Shown one piece after another: positions 1 through 15,530 of a stretch of 64,000 nucleotides of DNA. Under the pieces are notes generated by a model. It saw only the letters and a program-made list of their open reading frames with translations, was not told where the DNA came from and searched no databases. The position numbers were made by a program, and so were the translations under genes. The stretch is from the human T2T-CHM13v2.0 reference genome, Homo sapiens: assembly GCF_009914755.1 (NCBI RefSeq), contig NC_060931.1, one strand, 5' to 3'. Numbering within the stretch: position 1 is the stretch's first letter; every line of letters starts with the position of its first letter.

Positions 1-209
1 GCTGCTGCTTTAAGATCCTGTGCAGTGAGTCTGGGTTTCTAACCTCAGGAGAGTGGCTAGCAAAGGAGATCGCTAGTCTCCTTCCAGTTTTGTCCTGTTG
101 AATGGCGTAGAAGATTGATTGTATGGGTATCAGAGAGAGGAGTCACTAACAAAGATGAAAATATAGAACTCATTTGATAGGTGGAAGAGTAGGGTGGTTT
201 CAGGTATAG

Positions 210-400
210 GTTTTGGAGACAGAGCAATCTGAATTTGATTGTGGCTCCGCCATGATTGTGAGCAAGCTACTTAACCTCTCTCACTTTCAGTTTCTTTAAC
301 TGCAAAATGGAAATGGAAACAGTGAGGATTAAATGGGATCACACGTGGCACACCTTGCACAGGCTTGCATAAAGCAAGTGCGCAGTACAGTTAACTGTGA
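210..400 (+). mobile_element. MIR SINE fragment
   Basis: MIR core-like text: gcaagctacttaacctctct...cagtttctttaactgcaaaatgg...gtgaggattaaatg. Confidence 0.7.
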
Positions 401-736
401 TTGTTGCTCCTGTGCTCACAACACTTCCATTAACTGGTGCTTGGAACATCTTATTTTCCCTTTGCATAATTAATCCTCTACTTTGGTTGACGCCAGAAAT
501 GCAGTTTTGCTATACGGTGACATTGCACATACTCCAAGTGTGTAAGCCCCAGACACCTTTCAGTGACACTGCTGTAGGGCTTAGTGACTTGCCACCAGGC
601 AGCTCACATAATTGTCTTGCTGAGGTCATAGAGCCCTTCCCTATACTTCAGCTGGACACACTGAAATTCTTCAAGTCTTAGGAACAACATTGCTGCTTCT
701 CAACATTAGATTTACTTTCTCAAAATCCATAATGTC

Positions 737-862
737 AGCTGGGCACAGTGGCACACAGCTGTAGCTCCAGCTACTTGGGAGGCTGACGTGGGAGGATTGC
801 TTGAGTCCAGGAGTTTAAGGCAGCGTAGGCAACACAGCAAGAACCTGTCTCCAAAAATAAAT
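737..862 (+). mobile_element. Free Alu monomer (FLAM-like)
   Basis: Single degenerate ~125-nt Alu monomer ending ctgtctccaaaaataa. Confidence 0.75.
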
Positions 863-1189
863 CCATAACATCTATAGTGTGGAAAACATAACACCCTTGG
901 AGCTGTAGGGAGAAAGGTGCTCTCCTGTGAATGGGGAGGATGGTACTGACTAGCTGCAGAATTTGGGCTTGAGTTGCTTTGTGGTTTTGTCTCTCTTTTT
1001 AAGTAAGGATGAGAGACTTTCACTGTTTCATTTGTCCACCTTCATATCATTACTTCTTATGACCTGCAGGAAGGATATCTGGGGTGGTGGAATAAACTCA
1101 GGGAGAAGTTATTGGCTGGGGCATGGAGGTGGCTAACTGGTCACACAATTGAGTTTGCATGTTGCTGAGCGCCTTGCAGTTTATAAAAC

Positions 1190-1350
1190 ACCTACAGAGC
1201 TCATTTCATCCTCAAAGCCACCCTATGAGAAAGCCAGGGAAATTGTAGTATTTTTATTATCACTTTACAAATGAGGAAACTGAGGCTTAGAATTAAGTAG
1301 CTTGCCCAGTATCTCATAGCTAAGCAATGGTGGATGGTATGACCAAGTCC
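1190..1350 (-). mobile_element. MIR SINE fragment
   Basis: tttacaaatgaggaaactgaggcttag...aagtagcttgccc. Confidence 0.7.
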
Positions 1351-2849
1351 TCATTTCCATTCTCCCAGTGAGTTGTTTCTAAGTGAGCTTTATATGCCCA
1401 AGATGATCTATTAGGATGGGGAAACATATTAAAACTTCTAATTCTAGTTATTTTTAGCTTGCCCTTTTAACTTTTAAATTTTGTTTCATAGTATCACTAA
1501 TGTATTAGACTAGTATGCGCATGTAATTTATAATTAAATACACATACTCTTGGGTTCCAGCTCCAAAAATTTTTACTGATAAGGGTGCATGATTAAAATA
1601 GCTTGGAAGCCACAGCTCTAAGCTAGTAAGAGTCTTAGTAATACTGGAGATTAATACATCCTCTGGCCCTTTATCTTTTTTTTTTTTTATATTATTAGTT
1701 ACTTTTGGTCAGGAACTTTGATTGGTCTGTATTCTTCAGATTAAACCACAACCTTGTGAAGTGGTAATCCTGATTTTCTAGAGTAGCAGAAGGTGTTTTC
1801 TATCTCCTACAAAGTCGAAGGCTGACATGAATCATCTTTTGTTGTAAAAGGCTATTCCGGTGCTTTGCAAACTTGATGGCTCCCAGCTCATACAGCAGAG
1901 GCAACCCCATTTCCAGTATCATTTGTGATCACTTACAAACAGCAAAGGTTCAAGTAAGCATATGGGTTCACAGGTGTCTGCACATTGGTTCTTGAATCGT
2001 AACAGGCCCAAGCTTCTCTTTACAGGTTTATGTTGCTAGACTTGCTACTCTGTGGCATTCAAGAGCATGGTACTTCCAATAAACACTATATTGGAAGTTT
2101 TAAGAAGGAAGGAATTATTGTCTGATTTGTTCACTTCTCCATCCCCAGCAGTGCCTTGAACCCACTTGGTTCCACTATCTGTTGATTGGCTGAATGAATG
2201 GTGGATTAATGGTTACTCCTCAATTTTATCTTTTCTCTTGACCAAGACACCCCTAAAATGATGGTAAAGAAGTGAAAAAGAGTGCAAAGACAATGGAAAT
2301 GGGAGATATCAGCAAACAAGCACATGTTTTTGGAAGACAGGTGAGGAGTGATTGCTGACTGGGCAGAGTGGAGGAAACAGTGATCTATGTGTCTACAGAA
2401 AGGTGTTTGGATGCAAAGTGAGTATATCCGCCTGGGATATAACCCTTGGGAGGCCTGGGAGCTGAAGGCACTGTGTACTTCAGATGGCAGGGGTAATGTG
2501 AGGGGAGACTGCTTGAGAGTCTGAAGGTTTGTTTACTGGAGAAATGGGTTAGAAGAGGATCCAGACCAGGGGACAGGAGGCATGGTGAAGGGATGGGGTG
2601 ATGGGCAGGCTAAACAGAGTGGATGGACTGAGGGTGGCCACTCTCATGGCGTGATGCCCTTGGGCCTCTGCCTCCATCTGCTCTTAGAGCACCCTCCAGG
2701 CAGGAAAGGGGATAATTCATCTCTGAAAAAACAGAGAGGAATTCTTCTAAGAAAATGCCTCCATATGCTGGCAACTGAAAATTCTCTAAAGAAATGATGA
2801 GTTCGCAATGTAATCCCCCTTTACAATGGGCCACCAGTAAAAAGCTCCA

Positions 2850-3860
2850 CTAAAACACCCTGAACCTCCAAGCCGCTTGTAGTGCCTCACTCTTAAATAT
2901 GAATGGCCAAGAATCACCAGACATTTAAAGACAGCACCCACCTGAAAGAGACTGAGACACAATAACCAGGAATAGAGGAATATAGAAGCTCCACAATGAG
3001 TAGAAGAGAACTTCAAAAACACTTATTAATGTCCTCAGAGAGAGAAACCAAAACCAGGATGCAACGGTAAGAAAAAAAGCAGAAAACAATCAAGAGCTCT
3101 TGGAAATTAAAAATATGATAGGTGACATAAAAATTTTACTAGAAGGCTTACAAGAGCCTTCAAAAAAGAAAACAAAAGCAAACAGAAAGTAGAAACTGAT
3201 AGAGTTTTAGAATCCATAAGGTCCAATATCTGACAAAAGGAATTCTAGAAAGAGAGAACCAAGTGAATGGGGAGGAAGAAATTAAACAAAACAAAACAAA
3301 CCACCACCAGTAAAAGAACGTTTTCCAGAATTGAAGAATATGCATTTCCAAATTAAAAGGGCCCACCAGTGGAGTGCCCAACCCAAAGAAAGAAAAAAAG
3401 ACCTCCATGGGTGTGAACCTGGTAGGCAGAGCTTGCAGTGAGCTGAGAGCTGAGATCACGCCACTACACTCCAGCCTGGGCGACAGAGTGAGATTCCGTC
3501 TCAAAAAAAAAAAAACAAAAAAATAAAAAAAACAAAAAAACCTCCATGGCATATTATTAAGTAATTTCAGATCAACAGTGTTACAGAGAAGATCCTAAAA
3601 GCTTTCAGAGAACGAAAGTGGTCTCACACAAGACTGGCATCTCATATTAAGAGTGACACTAGAGCCAGAGGACAATACGAAAATGTCTTTAAAATCCCGA
3701 GAGAAAATTACTTCCAACTTTGAATGTTCTGTAGCCACCAAATTACTAATCAAGTCTGAGGACAGATCCAAGACATTTCCATATTTTGAAGACTCGAAAA
3801 ATTTACCTTTCATGTAGGATGCCCCTGGAAGATTAGTCCTAGCAAAAGAGGGAGTAAATT
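2850..3860 (+). mobile_element. Ancient L1 (L1M-type) ORF1-region fragment
   Basis: A-rich decayed ORF1-like text (ggaaattaaaaatatgata..., ccaatatctgac...gaattctagaaagagaga, aaattaaaagggcccacc). Boundaries approximate. Confidence 0.55.
3407..3540 (+). mobile_element. 5'-truncated AluY-like right-arm fragment with TSD
   Basis: gtgaacctgg...gcagagcttgcagtgagc...ctgggcgacagagtgagattccgtctc + A tail. Flanked by aaaaaa(g)acctccatgg / aaaaaacctccatgg. Confidence 0.85.
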
Positions 3861-4116
3861 GAGCAGGACGAAGACAGGCTTCCAGTCAGTGGACTTCCCA
3901 AGACAATGAAGAGGGAAGCTGTTGTCACAGACCAGCAGCACAATAGGCTGAGGGGCTAATGGGCTCCAGAAAATACAGGGGAATTGATGGGTTTATTCAG
4001 TATGTCTGACCAGCTGGGCCAAAAATAGTGACAGGATATACCCAATCTAGTGGCCAAAATTAAGGATAAACATATAGGTAAGAATGCAAGTAAAAACCAT
4101 GAGGCAATAATTTTAG

Positions 4117-4480
<364 letters not shown>

Positions 4481-6282
4481 TGAACAGTATAGATGCCTCT
4501 CACTATCCAAACACTTAGCCTTCATCTTTTAGAAGGGAACAGATTTGGATACTTTTCTGGAATCTGTTCCTCATCATTTGAAATTCCACTACTCACATCT
4601 GAAACCCAGAAACCAAATAAATTTGGATGTACAGTGTCTCTCATTTTCTGAGCTTGTTATCTGACTTAGAAACTGGATAGATTCAGATACTTGATATTTA
4701 CAAGCTTGATGTAACCACATACCTTCACTGAGAATGGAGAAGCCATAGGGAAGGGATGGAGGAAGGAAAGGGGGTGGAGATGTGTGACAGCCAAACCCTC
4801 CGGTATGTGATGGAAGGTTCCGAGATCCTAAATACCTAAAACCAATAAATGAAGAAGTACTCATATATATACCCTTTATAGAGATATGGAGTAAATACTA
4901 GAAGAAACAGCTAAAAGAGTGAAAAGTGGTTGCCTCTAGGGAGACAGGACTAGCAGTGGGTAGAGACAGGGCAAGGGACTGCTATTGAATTAAGTTTTTA
5001 GTACAACTTGGCTTTTAAACTGTACATATATTACTTTGGGGGAAAAAAGCACATAAAAAGTTTAATAAGAACACTAGCCTGGAGAACTGGGTTCTGGCTC
5101 AATGTCTGTCACCAGCCAACTGTGTTTGGTTGAGCAAGACACTTTGATCTCAGGTCTCAGTTGCTTCATCTATAAAACAAGGAGTTGGAGTCCTTCCCAA
5201 CTGTCCAATTCTATGACTGCATGGTTCTAATGTGCAAATTTGGGTTCTCTGCCAATGTTGGTGGTATCATCCAAACTTGAATTACTGGACTGTAATATTA
5301 TTTAGCACTGTGCTAAGAAAATAGCATTTTATTACATAGACATATACCTAAAAAATGGAGACATTTGGAAAAATGTGCAATAAGGGAGTCTTGTGATTTG
5401 CCAGACACAGAGGAATGTAAATTGTGACTATTTTGCAGAAGAATGCAATATGGAAGAAAACACAGGATCGTCAAAGAAGATAAAACAACATGGCCACCAA
5501 GAAAAAAACAAAGCAATAATAATCAAATAGACAAGGAGGGTTAGACCCAGACCAGGTCTAAATGAGAAGGAGGCTGGACAGTGGAGAAATAGGACCTTCC
5601 CATGGTTTTTATACAGGTGAACAGAGAAGTCTGAATGGTAGATGATTTTGGCAAAAGCTTGAGACTGGGGATGAAAAATGATGAGAAAGATAGTAGCTGT
5701 AATATTTTACAAGAGACTTACAAATATTTTACCTTTGGGATATAGAAGGAAGAGCTGATACGGTTTGCCATCGAGGACAAAGGTATGAAAAAGACACAAG
5801 ACAGCAGGGACCACCTGAACTACAGGTGTCCAGGAAGCACAACATCTCAGAGTAAGGCCACCTTGGATTCCACTCCAACCTGTGTTTAATGTATGCAGAA
5901 CGGAAGGCGAGGTTGAAAAGGAAAGGATGGGGACTCTGTCTTTGCTGGCATAAGCAAGCTCTGGGTCAAGAATACAGAAGAAAATCTGACAGTCAAAGTG
6001 GCATCCATATTTGCTGAAACTGACTTCTCTTGTTGGATTTGGAGCCTCTTTCCAAAACAAACAGCAAACTTCCTTTAGATCCAGGCAGTAAAATTCATTT
6101 TTATATCATTCATTAAACATTTAAACCATTCACTTAAAAAGAGAACAAACATTTTTACTGTGGTAAAATAAACCACTCATTCTCATGGACACAGTACTCT
6201 TTTATGTCTTTAGGAGAATAATAGCAAATGTTTATTGAGTATTCACAGTTCAGAGACCATTCTAAGAGCTTTATGCAAAATA

Positions 6283-6520
6283 TAGTTGACCCTTGAACAC
6301 CATGGGTTTGAATTGCGTGGGTTCACTTATATACCAAAGTTTTTCAACCAAATGAGGTTGAAAATACAGTATTTGTGAGACATGAAACTCGCCTGCACAG
6401 AAGGCTGACTTTTCATATATTCGGGTTCCGCAAGGCCGACTGAGGGATGTGAGTAAGCATGGATTTGGTATACCCAGGGGTCCTGGAAGCAATTCTCCGT
6501 GTACACTAAGGATGACTGTA
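6283..6520. mobile_element. MER8-like TcMar-Tigger MITE
   Basis: Termini agttgacccttgaaca...ggatgactg-TA, ~240 bp. Confidence 0.7.
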
Positions 6521-6559
6521 TCTTGTTTAATTTTTTCAACAACCCTATGAAGTAGCTAC

Positions 6560-6870
6560 TATAGATCCACAATCCCTTATCCAAAGCTCTTGGGCTTAGT
6601 GGTTTTCCCAAATTGAATTTATCAGGTTTTAGTAAGGTCATATGGTGTACATTATATAACACCCCAGCAGTCGGGCTGCATCCTATAATCAGAAACACTA
6701 ATATTTCTGCAGTGAAACATAGGAATAATCACACTAATTTGGATAAAGTGCATAATAAATAGTCATATGTCAGTTCAGGGCAGACTTTGATGCCAAATGA
6801 GTGTGCCTCAAATTTAGGGGAAAAAAAACAACTTTGTTTTCAGAGTGCTTGAAATGCACTCTTCAGAAAT
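6560..6870. mobile_element. Tigger4/MER46-like DNA transposon fragment
   Basis: atccacaatcccttatccaaa... terminus and internal similarity, judged by eye. Confidence 0.45.
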
Positions 6871-7920
6871 ACAGATCAGAATTTTTATCCCTATTTGATA
6901 GATGAGAAAACCAAGGCACAAAAAAAAATTACATAACTTGCCCCAAGGGTCAGGGATTGACCCAGGCAGTGTGGCCCCAAACCTAGGTTCTTAACTGCCC
7001 TTGCCATATTGCTTCCTTGTATGTGGCTCACAGTTTAGGATTGGGGTTTAGAGGGCATAAATTACATTTTTACCGCACAAGTAGTTAAGGAACATGGTAT
7101 TCAGAACCAAGCAGAGTCCTGCTGATATGGAAGACAGCCAGGTGACATCAATGCTTCCCATCCCTGAAGGACAGGGAGAATGACCTGGAGGAAGCCCAAG
7201 GCGTGGAGTTGTCCATAGAAGATCTTGAACCAGAAAGGCTCCAGGCACACACAGCATCTTGGAAAGGGGCTGTGCTTGCTTTTAATCCCATGGGATGAGG
7301 AAAATACAACAAAGTCCCAGATAAACCAGGTAAATATGGTCAGGGAGACAGGTGAATATGAATGTAAGAACTGAGGAGGCAACAAAGAGAAATAATGACT
7401 ACTCTTTATCAAACACATACTCTATGCCAACTACTGTACTAAGCACTTTGTAAGCAATATCATGTTTTTTCCATGCAAAAAGTTTCTGAGGGAGAAACCA
7501 TTATTATTCTCATTTTATAGAAGAAGAGGCTGAAGCTAAATGCACACAGTCCACAGTTTGTTGGAGGCAGAGCTTAAGGGGAAGAAAGAACTGGTGGGAG
7601 AAAAAGTACAGGGTTTGGAAGCTAGAAAATTCACTGAGGGAGATGAGAGCTGTGAGCACTGACAATTTCTAAAGAAGCAATACATGGACTCCACCGGCAA
7701 GGGTATTCATGGCTTATGCAATGAGAGCTATTTTCTATGAAGATACTTCTCAAATTATGTCTTCATGGGATAATGCCTTTGACAGGGTAAATGAAAAGCA
7801 AGTTTAAATACTAGATAAGCAGTCTTATTTGCTTTTTCACTAGGGAAGATAAGCAAATATGTAGCTCCCAATCTCCAACTTGGAGAAGGCAATCAATACA
7901 TTTGACAGGCTGCCTGCTCA

Positions 7921-8376
<456 letters not shown>

Positions 8377-11300
8377 TTATGGTGATTTACTTAACGTAAT
8401 TAACAGCTACAAAACACCCACAAATATACACTCATTGAGAAGATCCACACTACTGCCAGGGTCCCCATCTTCAACGTAACCAAAATCATAGATTTCAGCA
8501 TGCATTATCAAAATGCATTTACTAAAGTAAGGCTACTTCCAAAGACAGAGGAGAAAATATAAAACTTCCTTTTCAAACTGGCCAAAGACAGAGTATTGTT
8601 TACATTCCAAGCAAAATCACAAGCACTTAACAACTGGATGTTACTACGACCTTACAGGGACCTTCTCTGGAAAGAAGAGGTTGAAAAGAAAACAGTCGTT
8701 GTTGCAAACTGTGCAAATCAGGTTTTCTAAAACATTCCCTGCAGGAAAGCTGTTGTGGGGCTCAAAGCTTACCCTTTGGGGGCAAGCCTTCTAAGTAGGC
8801 AGTAATAAGAAGCCTCCTTGTCACTGGGGACACACGAAGTGGCTCACTCAAAGCTAATAGTGGTAGATGTTACCCCATCCCCCGACAGCCCCATTTTAAA
8901 GATGAGGACAAGAAGGCCCTGGGAGGCTCAGTTATTTATCCTACTAGGTCACGACAAGTATAGGAGGTAGATCCAGAAATGACCTGGGGGTCTGTCCCTA
9001 TAACTGGAGCCTCTATGGCAGAGCTGGAAGAGGGGCTGGAGTCTTTATTTCACTTCATCCCACTCTTCAACTTGAGCAGGGGTTCCATGTTTATCTGTTT
9101 TACTGACTCGGCTTTGCCTTAAGATTTTCTTTGGAAAATGATTCTATCCTTCAAACAACAACATCAACAACAAAGACAACGGTTTTGAAAACCACTGCCC
9201 CATACCTGTGACTAGAAGAGTTGTTTAATTCCCCCTCCCACCCAGCCCTGCCCCATGGCGGGTGTGGGGTATGGCCATTGATGACTGTGGAAGAGGATAA
9301 GATGTCACTGTGTAGGAAATGTTATACATACCTAACGTGTGATTTGGCAGTGGAAGATAACATCTGAGTCATCAAGCAGCCCCACATCAAAACAGTAAAT
9401 CAAAAGCAAATGATGTGGGAAAACAAATTCCTGTATTCTTACAGAGCCTGTGTTGGGAGGATTCCCATCCCAGGGCTCTTAACCCATAAATCAACAAATC
9501 TCTCTCTTCTCTAAGAGGCAGCTAGAACCAACATTCCTGCTTCCACTTCTGTGCCAGGAAAGGGAGATTAGGACAGTGCCTGCTATGCCATGTCAGGTCC
9601 AGTGGCCTTCCATGGGACCTGCACTTCCTGGGACTGCACTTCCTGGGACCCCAGCTGCAAAGAGTGTTTCACTTCTGCAGAGCAGTAAGCATTTGAAAAG
9701 GCAGGGTTCACAGAGCTGTCCTATTGAGACTTTAGAGACATCTTCAAGTCCAGTGGTTCTCAATCTATGTCCACAGGAGCCTGGGATACCTTGGAAGTAT
9801 CTCAGTTCATTCTGGGGGCATCTGCCCCTTCTTCAACCACAACAGTTCCTCTTTTTGCGTTTTATACAGAGGGCTCTGTGTAAAGTTTGGATAAAGAATG
9901 AGGTGCTCCAGTCCACCTTTACCGTAGATGGGGTGACTGGGGCCTAGAGAGCAAAAGTAAGTTGTGCAGTGTACACACTTGTTGGTGACCAAGCTCCACC
10001 CTGCCTGACCAATGCATGCCCTTTATGCTACCCTGGTTACATGAAGAATTCTACTTCAAAATAGCTGTATAAATGCAAATGCCATGTAGTCTCTTCACTG
10101 TAGCGAGAAAGGCTGAAAGCACATTAGGCTCATTCAGGAGGTCTCCTAAATTGCTCTGGGAAAACCCTGGGAGATTTAAAATGCCTAGAAAGCAATTTGT
10201 TGTAACAGCGCTTCCAAATTTCCAATTTCCAACTCTGTGGGCTGAGCTGGGCAACAGGTGGACAAAATCATTACATAAGGAACATCTGCTGACACCCACT
10301 ATAAAAAGGTCGTGGCCGAGGAACTATGAAAAGTGCTCTGGGATGCTTTTTGTTAAATATGGCAGGTTGATAAACTATGTCTATCTCTACTCTCTCCTGA
10401 AGCCCCACAAAAAATGACAGTAAATTTAATTTTAAAAAGCGTAAACTACCAGAACAATGTGATAGTCCTACAATATAGGAGATGAGAGTAGACCCAAGAT
10501 GCCAGTAAAATTCTGGATGCTGCTGCAGAGCAGTTGGATAAATGGTAAATGACTTAGCTGAACACAGTTAGTGGGTGGGGTGAAGTGGGGGGCATTGACA
10601 TGGGCTGATTTTAGCCCCCAAAGCCCAGAAAGGCTACCCTTGAGAACAGGGATGTGGGGTGGGCTAGGCATGGGAAGCTTGGTGGGAACTCTGTATAACC
10701 TTCTACCCTGGTATCCTTTGCTTCTTCTCTGCAAAAGACTGAAGAAATCAGAGTTGTTTAAGAAAGGACATGTAATAATAGTATGGCAGGTCATTCAGCT
10801 GTGAGTAATACTCACATGATCATAATAATATAAGCCCCTAATGCTGATTTAGTGAGAAATGGCCATGTGACTATATTGGAAGGCTGCATGGAAAAGGGGT
10901 GTGCAGTGGGGAGGGCCTATTGAAGAAATAAGCCCTCACTTTTCATGGTGGCAAGTTAGTAGATAATATAAAGCTTTTAAGAATCTTGAGATGGCAGGAA
11001 AACCCAGTTACTTGACATTATAGAAGTAAACAGAAAAGAACAGTGAAAAATTTTTTCAAAGTATTTGCATTTGGGGAGTAGAAATTGAGAATAGGGAGGG
11101 GATTGCTAATTTTCTGCAATTCGGAAACTCAAGAGCTCTGAAACCAAGTTTTACCTAATTTGGTGACTAAACTGCCTTCATAACAACACCTGACCTGAAC
11201 TAATGTGAGGCTATTTCTAGTCTTTATTAATCTGTTTAAGTGTGAAGATTACGATTTGCTACAGAAATACCTTATGTGTTTGATGACAGGTGACGCCCCA

Positions 11301-11489
11301 GACCTCAGTGAGTGTAAATCGATTACTTTTCCAAAGTCTGAATAATTCTGAATTCGAAAACACACCTGCCCCCAAGGGCATTGCAGATGCCCCTGCACCT
11401 TCTGTGCACCAACAACTTGGAGTAGTTCTGGCCTCTTCCCTTCCTCCAGTGCTCACCCAGCCACTGCCTGCCTGACTTCTCCACGGAAA

Positions 11490-12250
11490 GCTTTGAAAGG
11501 TGAAGTTTCCACTTTGCATTCAACATGTCCAGAACGGAACTACTGATTTCTCTCCTCCCCAGAGCCTGCTTCTTACACAAGTCTGCCCATCGTAGTTATA
11601 CCACCATCATTCACCCAGTTGCTTAGACAAAGAATCTAAGAATCTTCCTTGACGCCTCTCTTGCCCACATCCCACCTTTAATCCTTCAGGAAGTAGAGCC
11701 AGCTCTACCTTCACAGCTGCTAACCACATCCATTACTATCCCAGCACAAGCCTCCCTTTCTGACTTCCTTGCTTCTACCTTTACCCCAGAAGAGCAGATT
11801 CTCCACAGAGCAGAGCTTTTAAAAACAGAAATCAGACCATGTCTCTCCTGATTAAAACCCTCTAATGGCTTCTCACCACACCAGGATAAAGTCCTTACTC
11901 CTCACATCACCTGCAAAGCCCTGTATGGCTTGGCTTCTGCCTCCCCCTCTGACCTCCCACCCTATCATGTTCCCCTTCCTGCCTCAGGGTCCTTGGATCT
12001 GCTGGTCCCCAGGTCCCCTAGACTCTCCTGACCCTCACTGGCTGTTTCCTCAGATCATTCAGTCTCCCTTGACCACCCACAGCCCCTCACTCACTATCTC
12101 CCTGCTGCATTATCTTTTGTTCACTCATCTTGCCCCTACTAGATCGTAGGTGCCGTAAAGGCAGGGAATTCTGCAGTCCTGTTAACCCCTGGAGCCCCTG
12201 TATTTAGGGCAGAGCCTGGCACACGCTACATGATAAATGAATACCCATTA
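11490..12250 (+). mobile_element. L2 LINE 3' fragment
   Basis: caacatgtccagaacggaac..., aatcagaccatgtc...taaaaccctctaatggcttctc, and a 3' end gcctggcacac. Confidence 0.65.
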
Positions 12251-12694
12251 AATAAAAGAGCAAATAGATGTACTCACACCATTTAGAACGTAAAGAATAC
12301 AGCGAAGAAAATAAAATCAGCCTTGGAATCCATTGCACAGATATAGACATATACAAATAAGTATGTGTGCTTAGTAGTAAAAATAATTGGTAATGTTCTA
12401 TATCTTAATAGGGATTTTGGTTATGAGAGTATCCATTTGTCAAAACTCAGAGAAAGTATAGTTAACATTTGTACATTTCACTGTATGTAGTTTTTTCCTC
12501 AAAACAAAAAACCAAATAGTTAACACTAGTTAATGATATGCATGCTGGAGTATCAAGGGGAAAGCATGCTGATGCCTGAAATTTACTTTAAAATGCATTT
12601 AAAAATCAGATGCATTATTGGATGAAGAAGAGGGGGTATAGATGATAAAACAAATATAATAAAATGGTAATGATACAGCCAGTGGTAGTTATAA

Positions 12695-13164
<470 letters not shown>

Positions 13165-13966
13165 TGACTTTGAAAGCTTGGCTTCACCCAGCTGTATAGT
13201 ATGCCACTGAATGGATATATCACAAATTACTTAACCAGTCTCCTATCTTTGGAACTATGGGCCACCTTCAATTTTACACTTTTATCAACAACAGAGTAAT
13301 GAAAATCCTTGTATATAAATCTGTGTGCCTAATGTTTGCCTACTCAGTTTATGTGCCCAGAAATGCAATACTAAGGTCAAACGTCATAACATTTTAGGAT
13401 CCTGATACGCACACCTACCTTGCTGAAGGGTGCTATTCTGATGGGTATATTCTTATTTTCTGATGAGTCTGTAAGTTTCTTGAGAGAGAGCAACTGCTTT
13501 GCTCTGCCTCCCTCACTGGGCTGAGCGTACTGCCACACACACTGTAGGCTTGCAGAAAAACAACTTCAATAACGTTCAGAGAACATGACTAGAACGAATC
13601 CTGCCACACTGCTGAGAACGGGGAGAGGTACTCTTCTTTACAGGCAATTTGAGGCTGCCTTTTTGTGATGGAGTGGAGGGGAGAGGGCTGCAGACGAAAC
13701 GCAATCTAGCAGCCAAAACCAGGGTCTTTCAGATGCCTACTGGGAATCCAGGGCCAGTTTTTCCCAGGGCTAAAAGTGGTCTCTGGGACTCACTGAATGG
13801 GTTTTGGTTGAACCAAAACAATGGAATCCTCTTGACCCTTAAACAGAATGAGGTCAAGCTGCATGAATGCTGGGGGAGAGGCAGGGTGCAGGAGGGGCTT
13901 CACTTTCTGTGCTCCATGCCCCTGTGGAAGCTGTTTTTTTTTTTTAATAATTTATAAGTGTGTGGT

Positions 13967-14275
13967 TTTTTTTTTTTTTTTTTTTTTTTTTTTGAGAAAG
14001 GGTCTCACTCTGTCACCTGGGCTAAAGTGCAGTGGTGCAATCATGGCTCACTGTAACCTCTGCATCCCGGGCTCAGGTGATCCTCCCACCTCAGCCTCCT
14101 GAGAAGCTGGGACTACAGGCGCATGCCACCATGATAGGCTCATTTTTGTATTTTTTGTAGAGATGGATTCTAGCCATGTTGCCCAGGCTGGTCTTGAACT
14201 CCTGGGCTCAAGGGACCTGCCCACCTCAGCCTCCCAAAGTGTTGGGATTACAGGCGTGAGCCACAGTGTCCAGCC
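13967..14275 (-). mobile_element. AluJ, full length
   Basis: AluJ-type text (ggctcaggtgatcctcccacctcagcc; ctcctgggctcaag) with a poly-T tail. Confidence 0.9.
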
Positions 14276-15530
14276 TTAATTGTATAATTAAAAAAAAAAA
14301 AAGTTTCCGGAGGTAAGGGGCCCAAGTTGGTGGGTTGACTCTTTCAGACCACGCACTTGAAATCAGCATGTGAGTCTTTCAGCCTGAACTCCAGTAGACC
14401 AGCATTTCCATTTCAGAGCTCAGCGGAGACGGACTCCTCACTTCACACACTGGTCTTAGTCCAAAAGTTCATTTGTAAGTTGTGGTTTGGAGCTTGGAAC
14501 ATATTTCCCTATACAATGGAGACAGTTTCTCTTCTGGCCAACAAGAGCTTTTCTGACCCTTCATAAAACCAAAATAAATCCCATTTTCTTAAAGGATAGA
14601 AAAACCCTATTAACAGAAATACTGAAGGGACTTTCACAACACTGGTGACAGAGGCAGAAATTTTTCTAAAAAAGAAACTTTCTTGGGAAGTTTGGCTAGT
14701 GGCACCCTTCTCTCTCTCTCTCTTTTTTTCAAGAGGAAGAATACCAAGGGAAAAAAACCCTCAGAACTTTCTGAGGAAACCAGCTAAGGGATAAAATGTG
14801 AGAGGGTAAAGAAGTCTTCAGAAACTGTGAGAACAAGCTTGCTCTGAGGTGAAATGTCCAATTTATCCAGGGAAGAAGCAGCTGGCACGCGCTGCATCCC
14901 CAGAGTAAATTAAAAGTAGAACGGTGACAGCCAAGAGAGGCAGTGCCCCAAACCAGGAGGGCTGGGGGAGAAGGGGCATGGGATGGCACTGGGCTATGGG
15001 GGACCAGAGATGAAACCCACAGGAACCCCAAACTCTTGCAGTGAAGGGAATATGCCTACTGCACAGAACATGGAGGTTTCTATCATGTTCAAGAGAAAAT
15101 ATTTAGCCGAAAGTACTCTTATACCTGGACCCTTGAGAATTTAAGCCTCTGAATCACACAAGAGCTTCAGGGTCACCCAAACAACCAAAATGACCCAAAG
15201 ATCAGAAAAACAACCGAACAAATGAGACGAATGTGTTAAAAAGCCCAGGAGAGAGTGATTAGGGAGAAAATGGGATGCCAGCATTTAAATGGTAGGGCAA
15301 CAAACTCCCAGCTGAGGGTGATGTTTCCAGAGAAGCGGGGAAGGAAAAGTAAATTATCAGGGACAGATGGCAAACAATATCAGGTGGCATAAGCATCCCC
15401 AGAAGAAAGTGTTAGAACTGGGAGACATCAGGGCAGGTGGTTCCCTCCACACATCTGCCTACTCCATAGCACCTGGCCCTGAACAGAGTCTCAAAGGACA
15501 TCTCAGGATTTGAAATCATCTTGAAAGCAG

